Shown here piece after piece: positions 1-9,300 of a DNA stretch of 36,391 nucleotides. A program made the position numbers and the translations under genes. The stretch spans positions 1 to 36,391 of IMG/VR virus record IMGVR_UViG_2757320708_000001. One strand, 5' to 3'. The notes under the pieces were generated by a model. The model had not been told where the DNA came from, searched no databases, and was given only the letters and a program-made list of their open reading frames with translations. The DNA is from a virus. The stretch's first letter is position 1. Every line of letters starts with the position of its first letter.

Positions 1-485
1 TTATTAATTCTAGCAAACCAAAACCTCAATTTAAAGTTAGAAAGTTACTAAACATATTGTTAATTTGTTATATTTATTCATTTCGTTATGTGTTGTTAGT
101 TTTTTGCGTTTAGTGTTGGAGAAATTGGAAGTTTAGAAAGAAAAGTTTATATACCAGAAGAAAGCATTTAATAATGTTAGTGGGCATTATCTTTCTTCTT
201 ATTATTATTTTTTTATATATATTATTATTAACATTTAAATTAGATAATTATATAACTACATAGTTAGTATATTATATAATTAGCTAACTACTAATTAGTA
301 GTTTATAATTAATAAATTATAGTCAAACCCAAAATAGGTTTTTTTACGCGATTTCACCGTTACAAAACAATTTATCTCTACAGCGTTGAAAGAAATTGGA
401 GATGCAAAGTTGATACGTTCTCTATAGAGAGAGATGATGGAGAAGAAACGAAAAATAGAGATCTAAAAAAGGAGAGAAAAATTTA
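1..485. repeat. Left inverted terminal repeat, inner part only (outer ~600 bp missing from the window)
   Basis: The reverse complement matches 35009-35493 (coordinate sum 35494) at both ends and at the internal stretches I compared. The match breaks at 486/35008. Confidence 0.95.
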
Positions 486-495
486 TAAAGGAGGA
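447..495 (+). promoter_or_regulatory. Early-type BRE/TATA promoter of ORF 522; 49 bp identical (inverted) to 34579-34627
   Basis: GGAGAGAAAAATTTATAAAG about 35 bp upstream of the ATG. Exact 49-nt match checked by eye. Confidence 0.75.
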
Positions 496-521
496 GAAAG
501 ATATGATATAATGGTGAAAAG

Positions 522-860
522 ATGAAACATTTGACTGATGAACGAATCAGTGAATTAATAAAACAAGCAATACAAGAAGGAAAAAATGATTCAAGATACT
601 ATCTCATAATTAAAGAGTACAAGGGAAGAGATGGGCATGTAAAGATTAGACAAGTTTATGGCGAATATGAAATGATATTGATGAATATTAATGATGCTGA
701 TGATAATACAAGAGAATTTGAATATGCTGTTATTCCCAAGAGTGATACGGTAATATTGCTGGTTGAAGAAAGAATTAAATATAATTCACAGAGCCAAAAA
801 CATCAAATAGTATACGTTTTCAATTTCTTTACCGGCTGGAAGTCATTAAGTCTATATTAA
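522..860 (+). CDS. Hypothetical protein (112 aa), first gene inside the ITR
   Basis: Clean ORF with a GGTGA RBS, an upstream promoter and a downstream T-tract. Confidence 0.8.
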   Translation: MKHLTDERISELIKQAIQEGKNDSRYYLIIKEYKGRDGHVKIRQVYGEYEMILMNINDADDNTREFEYAVIPKSDTVILLVEERIKYNSQSQKHQIVYVFNFFTGWKSLSLY

Positions 861-974
861 GTTAATTGTTTTTTTTATTTTTATTTTTATTATCTTCTAT
901 TTTATATTTTCTATTTTGAGATAAAAATTGATAATATAAGATAAAAAAGTAGATAGATAGAGAGATAAACGTTT

Positions 975-990
975 AGAGAAAACTTTAAAT
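975..990 (+). promoter_or_regulatory. Conserved early promoter AGAGAAAACTTTAAAT (BRE+TATA)
   Basis: Identical at 975, 1685 and 2883. Variants at 3979, 33673, 33602-33617(-), 31576-31591(-) and 35005-35021(-). Each lies about 30-55 bp upstream of an accessory ORF. Confidence 0.8.
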
Positions 991-1021
991 ATAAGTTTAG
1001 ACATATATATAATTGAGAGTT

Positions 1022-1249
1022 ATGAAGATTCAAATTATTGATGTAAAATTTCATGACTTTGAAATAGTTCAACAAATGAACAATTTTGCTTTAGCTAAAT
1101 GTAATTGTTGTTCAAAGTCAAGATTTGCGGTTTATAAAATTTCAGAAAAAAATAGATTTTTTTATTATCATGGATTTGATCAAAAATATGCACAAAAATT
1201 ATTTTCTTCTCTCGTTTCTCGTTTTAATTCACAACAACAAATTCAATAA
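1022..1249 (+). CDS. Hypothetical protein (75 aa, CNCC motif)
   Basis: ATG 1022 follows the promoter at 975 and the ORF ends at a T-rich terminator. Confidence 0.7.
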   Translation: MKIQIIDVKFHDFEIVQQMNNFALAKCNCCSKSRFAVYKISEKNRFFYYHGFDQKYAQKLFSSLVSRFNSQQQIQ

Positions 1250-1412
1250 TTTTTTTAACTTTTTTCCTTAATTTTATTTTATTTTTATAATTTTATATTT
1301 TAACTTCCTATTTTTATGTTTATTATCTTCTATTTTTATCAATATTTTTTTTCATGTTTGGGATAATAATACTAACATTTTAGGAAATTCGTAAATCTAA
1401 AATTAAAGATAC

Positions 1413-1428
1413 TTTTAAATTTGTCATA
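1413..1428 (+). promoter_or_regulatory. TATA followed by GTC(AT) promoter class
   Basis: TTTTAAATTTGTCATA here, with similar elements near 2096, 3262, 7594, 8317, 12311, 15963, 16771, 20930, 26731 and on the minus strand near 4773, 7209, 16756, 28808, 33108. GTC after TATA is a described SIRV promoter feature. Confidence 0.7.
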
Positions 1429-1458
1429 TAACGTATGATGATTTGTAGATGATAAAAA

Positions 1459-1647
1459 ATGACAAGAGTACATAAATTAACTGCTGAGCAGAAAAAAATT
1501 CTAGAAAGAATGAGAAATAGGATAAATTATATTATTGAAACTTATAGTGAGTATTTGAATGCATTATCTGAATTTGATAGAACTGGTGTATTAAAAATTC
1601 ATGGGAAAGTCATTTATGAAAGAAAGTATAATGATCATGAAAATTAA
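1459..1647 (+). CDS. Small conserved crenarchaeal-virus protein (62 aa, probably SIRV2 ORF62a-like)
   Basis: The RMRNRINYII...FDRTGVLKIHGKVIY pattern is familiar from ligamenviral small proteins (recall). Promoter TTTTAAATTTGTC upstream. Confidence 0.7.
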   Translation: MTRVHKLTAEQKKILERMRNRINYIIETYSEYLNALSEFDRTGVLKIHGKVIYERKYNDHEN

Positions 1648-1736
1648 CATAATTGTAAGTCGAAAAATGAAGACATGAAAAGATAGAGAAAACTTTAAAT
1701 ACTTTTGAAGACAGATGTAAAAATAGTGAATAAAAA

Positions 1737-2015
1737 ATGAATGCATTCGAAATCTTGCAAAAAGCAAAAGAAAAAGGAGAAGTTTTTTTAGTTTCACTTA
1801 CGCCTGAAGAGTTGAAAAGTACAGGATTTGAAGAAGAAAAAGAATTTTTTAATTTTCAGTTTGTAGATATTTTTTTAATATATGACAACGGTTACAAGCT
1901 AAAATATATTTTTGATGGAGATAATAGCAATTTCCTATATGAAAGTGAAAAAGATGTTGGCGGATATATATATTTTTTGGAAGTAATTAATGCGTATCTT
2001 AATGCAAGTAAATAA
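1737..2015 (+). CDS. Acidic hypothetical protein (92 aa), anti-defence candidate
   Basis: ORF behind the consensus early promoter at 1685; rich in E/D/F/Y. Confidence 0.75.
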   Translation: MNAFEILQKAKEKGEVFLVSLTPEELKSTGFEEEKEFFNFQFVDIFLIYDNGYKLKYIFDGDNSNFLYESEKDVGGYIYFLEVINAYLNASK

Positions 2016-2133
2016 TTTTTTAAGTTATTTTTTTTATTGATTATTTTTCTCAGATTCATTTTAATATTTCAGGATTAACATTTATTAAGAGAAACATAAA
2101 TATGTCATAAATATAAAAGAAAATCGATATATT

Positions 2134-2658
2134 ATGAATATAGTTTTAAGAGAATTTGATAAAGAAAAATTTAATATAAATATCACTGCATGGTTAGATA
2201 TTGATAATGATATTCAAAGTTGTTATACAAATTTTAAAGAAATTACGATAGTTACAATAATTCAAATGATTTCTGAAATTGTAGAAAAAGATGGCTGGGA
2301 TTTACAATATTTTGAGAAAGATGAAGAAGAAAAATTATTTAATGCATTTATGAAAAATTCTAAAATTACAGTAAGATTAAATAAAAAGATAGATGAATTA
2401 AATTATGTTTTTGAAGAAACTATTGTTGAATTTGATTTTCCAGAAATTGAGAAAAAGAGAATTGCGGAAATATATTTGAGTAATATACTTAATAATCTTT
2501 ATTATTTTGATGAATGTATTATTTATAATTTAGATGAAGGAGATATTAATTTAATACCAGAAGTTTTAAGTGATGAAGTTTATCAATTATTAAGTCCTGA
2601 TGAAATAAAGGGAAAATTTAAGGAAAAGATAGAGAAAATTATTAGTGACAAAGAATAA
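2134..2658 (+). CDS. Acidic hypothetical protein (174 aa)
   Basis: Long ORF in an AT-rich context, strongly D/E-rich, with a TGTCAT promoter motif upstream. Confidence 0.8.
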   Translation: MNIVLREFDKEKFNINITAWLDIDNDIQSCYTNFKEITIVTIIQMISEIVEKDGWDLQYFEKDEEEKLFNAFMKNSKITVRLNKKIDELNYVFEETIVEFDFPEIEKKRIAEIYLSNILNNLYYFDECIIYNLDEGDINLIPEVLSDEVYQLLSPDEIKGKFKEKIEKIISDKE

Positions 2659-2673
2659 ATATGGTGCAGAAAT

Positions 2674-2835
2674 ATGAATTTAAATGCTCCATTGGATCCA
2701 ATATGGCTTTTGGTTATTGTTGGAATTTTTTATGAATTATTATTTATCTTTTTCTTATTGGAATTAAGACAGATAATGAAACGAATTGAAGAAGAAGAAT
2801 TAGTCAGAATGTTAAAAAAGAAATATAAAAATTAA
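2674..2835 (+). CDS. Small single-pass membrane protein (53 aa), not in the ORF track
   Basis: My translation is MNLNAPLDPIWLLVIVGIFYELLFIFFLLELRQIMKRIEEEELVRMLKKKYKN. GGTG RBS at 2663; hydrophobic helix followed by a charged tail. Confidence 0.6.
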   Translation: MNLNAPLDPIWLLVIVGIFYELLFIFFLLELRQIMKRIEEEELVRMLKKKYKN

Positions 2836-2934
2836 ATAAATTTTCACTAAAAACATGGCGTAAGCTACAAAGATAAAAGTTTAGAGAAAACTTTAAATAT
2901 GAGTTTTTACATATGTTATATTGGTGATAAAAAG

Positions 2935-3102
2935 ATGAAAGTCGTACAAGTTCAAAACACAAGATATTTCATTCAAGACAAAGATGATTTAATAAGCGTA
3001 ACTCATGAGTTGGCAAGGCAAGGCTATAGTATAAGTCAAATAGCTCAAGTGTTAGGAATAAGTGAACGACAAGTAAGAAAGTATTTGGAAGATTGTTGGT
3101 AA
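2935..3102 (+). CDS. HTH DNA-binding protein (55 aa), SIRV2 ORF83a/gp01 family short form
   Basis: HELARQGYSISQIAQVLGISERQVRKYL is an HTH. GGTGA RBS before ATG 2935 and consensus promoter at 2883. Confidence 0.85.
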   Translation: MKVVQVQNTRYFIQDKDDLISVTHELARQGYSISQIAQVLGISERQVRKYLEDCW

Positions 3103-3306
3103 GCTAATTCTTTTTTTAATTTTCAATTTTCTCTTTTTCTTTTATTTTTATATTTATATTTTTGTTGTCTTTGTTTTCTATCTTTATCAATAATTTTTCT
3201 CAAATTTCAAATAATAATTCTACTAGTTTAAGAAGTTTATAAACCGAAAAATAAAAAAAGTTATATATTTGTCATATCTAGTTAGTTGTTTTTTGGAGGA
3301 AAGAAA

Positions 3307-3759
3307 ATGAGTGAAAATAACCTTATAAATGAGATAATTAACAGTTTGGAAGTTTTAAAACAACAAATTGATGAAATTAAGACAAAATTAATATCTACAA
3401 ATCATGACAAAGATATAGAAAATGTTTTTGAAAAATTAAGAAAAATTGCAGATGATCATTTAATTAATGCTATAATTTTTGTTTCAAACAGTGAAGTAAA
3501 ATATATTGCAATTCGTTCAGATAGCACTGGATATAAAACTCTTGTCATTTTAAATAATAAGGCATATTATTTCTATGAATATTCAATTATCAAAGGAAGA
3601 TTACAATTAAGATATTTCAAAGAATATGATATTCCAGAAGATATTATAAAAATATTAGAGAAATTGCCAGAGTCGAATATTGATTATGCAGAACCGAGAT
3701 ATTTCAAATTATATTATATTTTGAAAAAACATTATTCAATAGATTTAATTAAAGAGTAA
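3307..3759 (+). CDS. Hypothetical protein (150 aa), paralog of 32611-33075
   Basis: GGAGG RBS before ATG 3307. Shares FEKLR, IIFV...VKYIA and EYxIPEDII...PES...PxYFKxYYxLKKxY with the right-arm ORF. Confidence 0.85.
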   Translation: MSENNLINEIINSLEVLKQQIDEIKTKLISTNHDKDIENVFEKLRKIADDHLINAIIFVSNSEVKYIAIRSDSTGYKTLVILNNKAYYFYEYSIIKGRLQLRYFKEYDIPEDIIKILEKLPESNIDYAEPRYFKLYYILKKHYSIDLIKE

Positions 3760-4027
3760 TGTCAATTTTATCTTTCTTTTTTATTTTTCGATTTTTTCAT
3801 TTTTTACGTAACATTTTTCTGCTTCTTATTTTGATGTTTTGCCAAAATAAAGTTAATTTTTTTCTTTTTTAGTTTTAACTTTCTATTTTTTATTTTTATG
3901 TTCCATTTTTTTCACTTTTGATATATTATTTCTAAACTGGAGAAATTAAAAAAGCGTAAGATAGAAACGTAAAACTGTAGAGAAAACTTTATATATAAGT
4001 TTTTACATAATAGATATTAGTGATAAA

Positions 4028-4276
4028 ATGAGTCAAGTAGAAAAGCAAAAAGTTAAATTAGGTAAAAAAGAAAAAGCGGTTTTAGATTTTTTGAAATCGT
4101 ATCCTCAAGGAATATGGAAAGATGAGGTTATTAGACATTTTTCATGGGCATCAAGATATGACTCTGTAATGAGTAAACGTTTGCACAATCTGCAGAAAAA
4201 AGGATTAATAGTGATAAAAGCAGAAGTTAATCCTTCCTCTGGAAGGTCAAAACAAAGAGTATATTTAAAACAATAA
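4028..4276 (+). CDS. Winged-helix DNA-binding protein (82 aa)
   Basis: KEKAVLDFLKSYPQGIWKDEV...SKRLHNLQKKGLIV...GRSKQRVYL fits a wHTH pattern. Promoter at 3979. Confidence 0.75.
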   Translation: MSQVEKQKVKLGKKEKAVLDFLKSYPQGIWKDEVIRHFSWASRYDSVMSKRLHNLQKKGLIVIKAEVNPSSGRSKQRVYLKQ

Positions 4277-4309
4277 TTTTTTTCTTTAAGCTTTTTCTTT
4301 TTTTTAGTT

Positions 4310-4501
4310 TTATTTTAGTTCTCTAATTAAATTTTCTATCTCACCTATTATATCTTCTATTTCTTCAATTTTTGCTTTTTCAAAATTATGTTCTTCATAA
4401 TTTTCAATAAGTTTCATAATTTCTTCTAATTTTTCTTTTGCATTTTGCAATTCTTTTATTGCATCTTCAAGATCTGATATTATTTCATCATAATCTATCA
4501 T
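4310..4501 (-). CDS. Acidic coiled-coil protein (63 aa)
   Basis: Heptad I/L pattern; 3 bp downstream of 4505-4771, so probably the same operon. Confidence 0.7.
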   Translation of the reverse strand: MIDYDEIISDLEDAIKELQNAKEKLEEIMKLIENYEEHNFEKAKIEEIEDIIGEIENLIRELK

Positions 4502-4504
4502 TTT

Positions 4505-4771
4505 TTACACCTCTTTTATAATTTTTGAAACTTTTCCAATTGTTACATTTATTGTATTGCCAAAAGTTGAAAACCAAATTTCAAAATTTAATAGTTTATT
4601 ATCAATTTCTAAATAACCAGCAATTTTATTTTTATTTTTTGTATAAAATATTATTCTTGGTTTTTCGTTAAAAATAAAAGCTTTATTTAGTAAATTTAAA
4701 ATATCTTTTTCATTCATATTTTCAACTTTGTTTTTTATTTTTTCCATTTGTTCTAAAAATTTTTCACTCAT
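4505..4771 (-). CDS. Hypothetical protein (88 aa), positionally like SIRV2 ORF84a
   Basis: Follows the Cas4-like gene and has a TATA/GTC motif upstream. Confidence 0.7.
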   Translation of the reverse strand: MSEKFLEQMEKIKNKVENMNEKDILNLLNKAFIFNEKPRIIFYTKNKNKIAGYLEIDNKLLNFEIWFSTFGNTINVTIGKVSKIIKEV

Positions 4772-4823
4772 ATGACATCAAATAATCATATAAATTATGA
4801 CAAATAAAAATCTTTCTATTTTT

Positions 4824-5441
4824 TCAGAATAAAGAGCCAAAACATTTTGCTTTAAATTCACAATTTTTACATAAATAATTATTTGCTCCTGGTATAGTTT
4901 TATAATCTTGTGATTTCATAAATTCTTTAAATTTCTTAATCCAATCAATTGTCTTTTTTGTATATTCATCTAATACTTTTTTGTCTATTTGAAATTGTCT
5001 AACTTCTTTATTTATTCTATTTAAATATATAATGTATACGTTATCAATTTTATAGTTTTGTTGTTGTAGTAAATAATAGTAGATTGAGACTTGGTAAAGA
5101 TGATACTCCTTTATATTAAAGTAATTACTTGTAATAGTTTTTAATTCTATAAGATCATTATTGCAAATTAAGTCAATTCTTCCAGAAATTTTTATATTTT
5201 CAATTTCTCCTTTTATTTCAATTTCTGCTTTACAATTTAGTTTTTCTTGAAAATAATGTTCTACTTTTTCATGATATTGTTCTCCTAAATCTAAAGTAAT
5301 TTCATTTACGGCTTTCTCAAATTCAAATTTTCTACTAAAATAGCTTTTTCTAAAGCAAATTCCAATTTCGCTAGGAAATATTGTATCTTCTGGATATTTC
5401 ATTTTAAAGCTTTGTTTTACAAATTCTTCATAATTTGTCAT
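4824..5441 (-). CDS. Cas4-like RecB-family nuclease (SIRV2 ORF207/gp19 homolog)
   Basis: PSEIGIC, SGRIDL..ELKT, QVSIY and C-terminal [10 protein letters not shown] give the four-Cys Fe-S arrangement. Confidence 0.92.
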   Translation of the reverse strand: MTNYEEFVKQSFKMKYPEDTIFPSEIGICFRKSYFSRKFEFEKAVNEITLDLGEQYHEKVEHYFQEKLNCKAEIEIKGEIENIKISGRIDLICNNDLIELKTITSNYFNIKEYHLYQVSIYYYLLQQQNYKIDNVYIIYLNRINKEVRQFQIDKKVLDEYTKKTIDWIKKFKEFMKSQDYKTIPGANNYLCKNCEFKAKCFGSLF

Positions 5442-5443
5442 TT

Positions 5444-6751
5444 TTAACCACCTAAATTACTAAATCTCATTAAGTTTATTATTCTATTACAAATTTCTTC
5501 ATTTTGTACTTTTCCAATTTGTAGATCTATGTCTAATGCCTGTAATAGAATTTGAATATCGATACTTTGCTCTTGTCTTCTAGATTCTAAATTATTGCAA
5601 TTTACATAGTTATTAATACTATTTATTTTCTGTTGAATTAATTCAATTAAAGCTTTCAAAATTGATGGATAGAGAACTCTTGCATTTATAATTTTATCAT
5701 AAGTTTTTTTAATTGCTAATTGAATAATATGAATTCTATCTAATATTGCAGATGTAAATATTTGATAATTTTGTAAATAATCTTCTATATCTGGATTTAC
5801 TAATTTATTAATTGTATAAGAATATGGATTTCCAGCGTAAATAATTGGAATACATTTTTGAATAGTAGCAGATTTTGACTCTGTTCCAGCACCTCTTGTC
5901 CAAATACAATTTTCAATTCCAGTTGATAGAGTTGAATTTATAGTATTTAATTCTTTTGTTGAAAAACCATCTTTCCAATTTTGAATTTCATCAAATATCA
6001 ATCCATTTGATAAAAATACAGCTCCATACATATTATTTCGGGCATCATAAACTAGATTTGCATAAGTTGGAGCTTCTGTATAATATCTAAAATTGAAAAC
6101 TTCTTGTAAAATCATAAAAGTTGTAGTTTTTCCAGTTCCTCTGTTAGAAATTTCAATATAATTAATTTGTCTTTTTGTAATTGGAGATTTGAATAATGGA
6201 AATAATCTAGGGAGAAAGAGAAATATATCATTTATTTCCATTTTTGATGGATCATATCCAAAACTTTGCAATAAAAGTGCATAAGTTGAATATTCTGAAT
6301 TTGCTAATTCAAATAATTCTTTTGCAATTTCATAATTGTTGGGTGGCTCAATTGAATAAATATCGCTAATGTACCAGTCTTCTATACCTTTCCTAATTTT
6401 AACAAACATATAACTAGTTATCAAATTATAGAAATCTTCAGGATTATCAGCTATAAAATGTGGATCGAAATTTGCAGTAAAACCATTTTGAAATTTTGCT
6501 ATTATTTCATCATCTTTAACTTTAAAATTAACAATTTTCGAAATAAACTTAACTTCATCATTATATAATAAATAAGACTGAAAATATTGTTGATCAATTC
6601 CGCGTTTGTAAGCTTTAAGAATTTCAACTTTTTTTGAGTCTTCAATTTGTTTTCCAGATAAAATTATATTTAAAACTCTTTCTGTATCTCTTGGATTATA
6701 AAAAAAAGAATGAGATTTTATTTTTTCAAGAAGTTGAGTTGAACTACTCAT
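5444..6751 (-). CDS. AAA+/P-loop ATPase, putative helicase (SIRV2 ORF436/gp18 homolog)
   Basis: Walker [10 protein letters not shown], Walker B LIFDE, and AILDR arginine-finger region. Lies between the SSB and the nuclease. Confidence 0.9.
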   Translation of the reverse strand: MSSSTQLLEKIKSHSFFYNPRDTERVLNIILSGKQIEDSKKVEILKAYKRGIDQQYFQSYLLYNDEVKFISKIVNFKVKDDEIIAKFQNGFTANFDPHFIADNPEDFYNLITSYMFVKIRKGIEDWYISDIYSIEPPNNYEIAKELFELANSEYSTYALLLQSFGYDPSKMEINDIFLFLPRLFPLFKSPITKRQINYIEISNRGTGKTTTFMILQEVFNFRYYTEAPTYANLVYDARNNMYGAVFLSNGLIFDEIQNWKDGFSTKELNTINSTLSTGIENCIWTRGAGTESKSATIQKCIPIIYAGNPYSYTINKLVNPDIEDYLQNYQIFTSAILDRIHIIQLAIKKTYDKIINARVLYPSILKALIELIQQKINSINNYVNCNNLESRRQEQSIDIQILLQALDIDLQIGKVQNEEICNRIINLMRFSNLGG

Positions 6752-6776
6752 AAAAAAAATCGTAACTTATGACATT

Positions 6777-7178
6777 TTAAAATTCGTCTTCTACGTTTTT
6801 CTTTTCTCTTTTTTTCTCTTTCTTTTGCTCTTTTTGACTTTCTGTATCTTCTTCTAATTCTAATTCTTCCTCTTGAACTGTATTATTATTCCTTGGTGTG
6901 AATTTTACATATTCGTTTAATAAGTCAGCATATTTATTTAAGAATTCTGCAATTAATCTTAAATCTTCACTGTCATTTGCAGTTATTCCAAGTTGTTTCT
7001 TAAAATTGTTTTGTGAATGAATTGTCATACTGTATCTTACTTTATTATCTTGCGGAATTGCATTTAGTTGAACCACTAGTCTTTTTAGACCTTTGATTTT
7101 TAAAATTCTTGAAGCTATTTTATTATTTTCTTTAGCTTGTTTACCTAATTCATCTATTATTTCTTTGAGGGAACTCAT
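6777..7178 (-). CDS. ssDNA-binding protein (SIRV2 ORF131b/gp17 homolog)
   Basis: ASRILKIKGLKRLVVQLNAIP core with an acidic, low-complexity C-tail; first gene of the gp17-18-19 operon. Confidence 0.85.
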   Translation of the reverse strand: MSSLKEIIDELGKQAKENNKIASRILKIKGLKRLVVQLNAIPQDNKVRYSMTIHSQNNFKKQLGITANDSEDLRLIAEFLNKYADLLNEYVKFTPRNNNTVQEEELELEEDTESQKEQKKEKKREKKNVEDEF

Positions 7179-7278
7179 GTGTTTCTCCTAATTCAAAACT
7201 TATAATATGACATATTTATATATTTATAAAAGTAGAGGCTATGATATTTAGAAGTTAAAAAAGAGGAGAAAAAAATAT

Positions 7279-7551
7279 TTAAATTAACTTAAAGAATATA
7301 GATCTTATTAATTTAGATATTTTCATGTTATATTTATTTGCTAATTCTTTAAGCTTTTGATAGTATAGTTCATCAATTGTGAAAAAAACACGCTCATCAT
7401 AAATTTCGTTACTTTCAATTTCTTTGAATTCCCTTTGAGAATTTAGAATTCTGTCAATTTCTTGTTTTATTAACTCTCTTTTTTCGTAAAAAACATTTTT
7501 ATACTTTGATGGTATACGTAATTCGATATACTTATTTCTTTGCTTTTTCAT
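7279..7551 (-). CDS. Tandem ribbon-helix-helix protein (90 aa)
   Basis: Two strand-helix-helix units: YIELRIPSKYK... and RVFFTIDELYYQKLKELANKYNMKISKLIR. Confidence 0.7.
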   Translation of the reverse strand: MKKQRNKYIELRIPSKYKNVFYEKRELIKQEIDRILNSQREFKEIESNEIYDERVFFTIDELYYQKLKELANKYNMKISKLIRSIFFKLI

Positions 7552-7622
7552 AATTTTAGATATTTTAGAATACTATAAAAAGATGACATATACATTTAAA
7601 TGTCAGGTTTTCAATTGCATAT

Positions 7623-7967
7623 GTGAATTGTGAAAAAGTTTTCATTTATCATTTTCTTTACAATTATACATATTTTGTTACTATTGCTACAAATTATCGC
7701 TATAATGATACGATAAAAATCTATAAAAAATTTCGGCAATATATTTATAATCATGATAAAAATTCTCATTTATTTAGCGTAAAAGAGTATACAACAAAAT
7801 TTCATGGTCTACATTATCATGTTTTAGTTTTCACGAATAAACGACTTGATTATTCTAGAGTTCATAAACATATGCCTCCACATTCAGATATCAGAATTGA
7901 ATTAGTTCCAAAAACAAAAAAAGATATAAAAAAAGTTTTAGCTTATATGACTAAATCTAAAAAATAG
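7623..7967 (+). CDS. rep: HUH replication initiator Rep (SIRV ORF119 family)
   Basis: Motif I FVTIATN, HUH motif GLHYHVLV and catalytic YMTK. GTG start, probably leaderless. Confidence 0.9.
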   Translation: MNCEKVFIYHFLYNYTYFVTIATNYRYNDTIKIYKKFRQYIYNHDKNSHLFSVKEYTTKFHGLHYHVLVFTNKRLDYSRVHKHMPPHSDIRIELVPKTKKDIKKVLAYMTKSKK

Positions 7968-7968
7968 A

Positions 7969-8256
7969 TTATTTACTTTGTGACTGTTGCTGAGAACTTT
8001 GCTTTTTCTGTGCTAATGCATTTACATCTGAAAGAGTATCCATATTCAATAATGCATTAATTCCAAGAGTTGTAGTATCTTTTATACTCTCTACTGCCGA
8101 AATTGTAGATTTTGTCATTTGATCGACTGCTATTTGGAATGATTCATTTGCTTGCTTTTGATTGTAGAGATATACTATTTCTCCAACTACATATGATCCT
8201 ATTAAAACTCCCATTAATACTAGAAATCCTTCAATTGCATATTGTATTGTTGACAT
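7969..8256 (-). CDS. pvap: Virus-associated pyramid (egress) protein PVAP/P98
   Basis: N-terminal TM helix followed by GEIVYLYNQKQ...DQMTKST..AVESIKDTT..GINALLNMDTL, which matches SIRV2 P98. Confidence 0.92.
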   Translation of the reverse strand: MSTIQYAIEGFLVLMGVLIGSYVVGEIVYLYNQKQANESFQIAVDQMTKSTISAVESIKDTTTLGINALLNMDTLSDVNALAQKKQSSQQQSQSK

Positions 8257-8354
8257 TTCAATTTTATTATATGCAAATTACTTAGTAATAAAGTTTATGC
8301 AAAAAATCGAAATATATAAATATGTCATAATGTATGTTTATAAACTGAGGAAAA

Positions 8355-8516
8355 ATGATGGAGAAAGGGAAACCTGAAAGAGTTGTATTTGGAATTAATA
8401 TAGATAAAGAATTAAAGAGAAAATTAAAAGTATATTGTGCAAATAATGGCATAACATTAACTGAAGCTATAGAACAAGCATTGGAAGAATATCTACAAAA
8501 GAGGCAACCAAAATGA
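8355..8516 (+). CDS. svtR: RHH transcription regulator SvtR homolog (53 aa), not in the ORF track
   Basis: My translation [53 protein letters not shown] matches SvtR (VFGIxxDKxLKxxLKVYCAxN). Confidence 0.88.
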   Translation: MMEKGKPERVVFGINIDKELKRKLKVYCANNGITLTEAIEQALEEYLQKRQPK

Positions 8517-8659
8517 GAGTAATAACAGTAAAAATTGAAGAAGATCTTTTGCAAAAACTTGATAAATATGCTATGAATCATAAATTAAACAGATCTGAAG
8601 TAATTAGGCAAGCGCTAATGGAATTCTTGAGACCAAATACTACAACATATGATAGTTAA
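8513..8659 (+). CDS. CopG-like RHH protein (48 aa), not in the ORF track
   Basis: [39 protein letters not shown]...; ATGA overlap with the svtR stop codon. Confidence 0.85.
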   Translation: MRVITVKIEEDLLQKLDKYAMNHKLNRSEVIRQALMEFLRPNTTTYDS

Positions 8660-8714
8660 AAATAAATTAATATATCTTTTTTTATTTTTCATTTTCTGAC
8701 AAATATATTTTCAT

Positions 8715-8957
8715 TTATCTCTTCTTTTTTAATCTTTCAATTTCAGCTTTAAGTTCATCAATTTCATCATAAATATCTGCAAAGATATCATAAATTACTA
8801 CATATATAATTGCAAAAATTCCAGATGCAAAAAATGTTGATATTATAACTATTGGCATATTTTTTACAAGAATTCCTAATGACATGACTATTAAAGCTAA
8901 AGACATTAAAGCTAAAAAAATTAAGAAAACTATTATTTCACGAAATTCTCTTTCCAT
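8715..8957 (-). CDS. Two-TM plus coiled-coil membrane protein (80 aa)
   Basis: Two hydrophobic helices, then EIDELKAEIERLKK. Confidence 0.75.
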   Translation of the reverse strand: MEREFREIIVFLIFLALMSLALIVMSLGILVKNMPIVIISTFFASGIFAIIYVVIYDIFADIYDEIDELKAEIERLKKKR

Positions 8958-8969
8958 TTTTTTTCGTTT

Positions 8970-9245
8970 TTATTTTTCGTTTTCTGACAAATTTATTTCT
9001 TGTCTTCTTTCTCTTTTTAATCTTTCAATTTCTAGTTCAAGTTTATTAATTCTTGTATCTAAATCATCTACCAAATCTATTATCCAAGTAAAAATTATTG
9101 CTAACAAAATTGATGCAATTGCGGAATATAAAACTATATTTTGTAGATTTTTAGATAAAATTCCTTCAGAAAATATTAAAAGTATATTAAGTATTACAAT
9201 TGAAAGAATTATAGAAATATATAACCTAAAAGCTAATTTACCCAT
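8970..9245 (-). CDS. Two-TM plus coiled-coil membrane protein (91 aa), paralog of 8715-8957
   Basis: Same architecture, ending RINKLELEIERLKR. Confidence 0.75.
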   Translation of the reverse strand: MGKLAFRLYISIILSIVILNILLIFSEGILSKNLQNIVLYSAIASILLAIIFTWIIDLVDDLDTRINKLELEIERLKRERRQEINLSENEK

Positions 9246-9300
9246 ACTTTGTCATTCTTATTTTTCGTTTTCTGACAAATTTATAAGTTTCTATTTCAAG

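Noticed and set aside
4824-5441. Cas4 as a sign of a CRISPR-Cas locus
   Set aside because: It is the solo rudiviral nuclease in the replication operon; no other cas genes or array.
8282-8581. 99-aa minus-strand ORF
   Set aside because: Antisense shadow of svtR and the RHH gene, which have clear family motifs.
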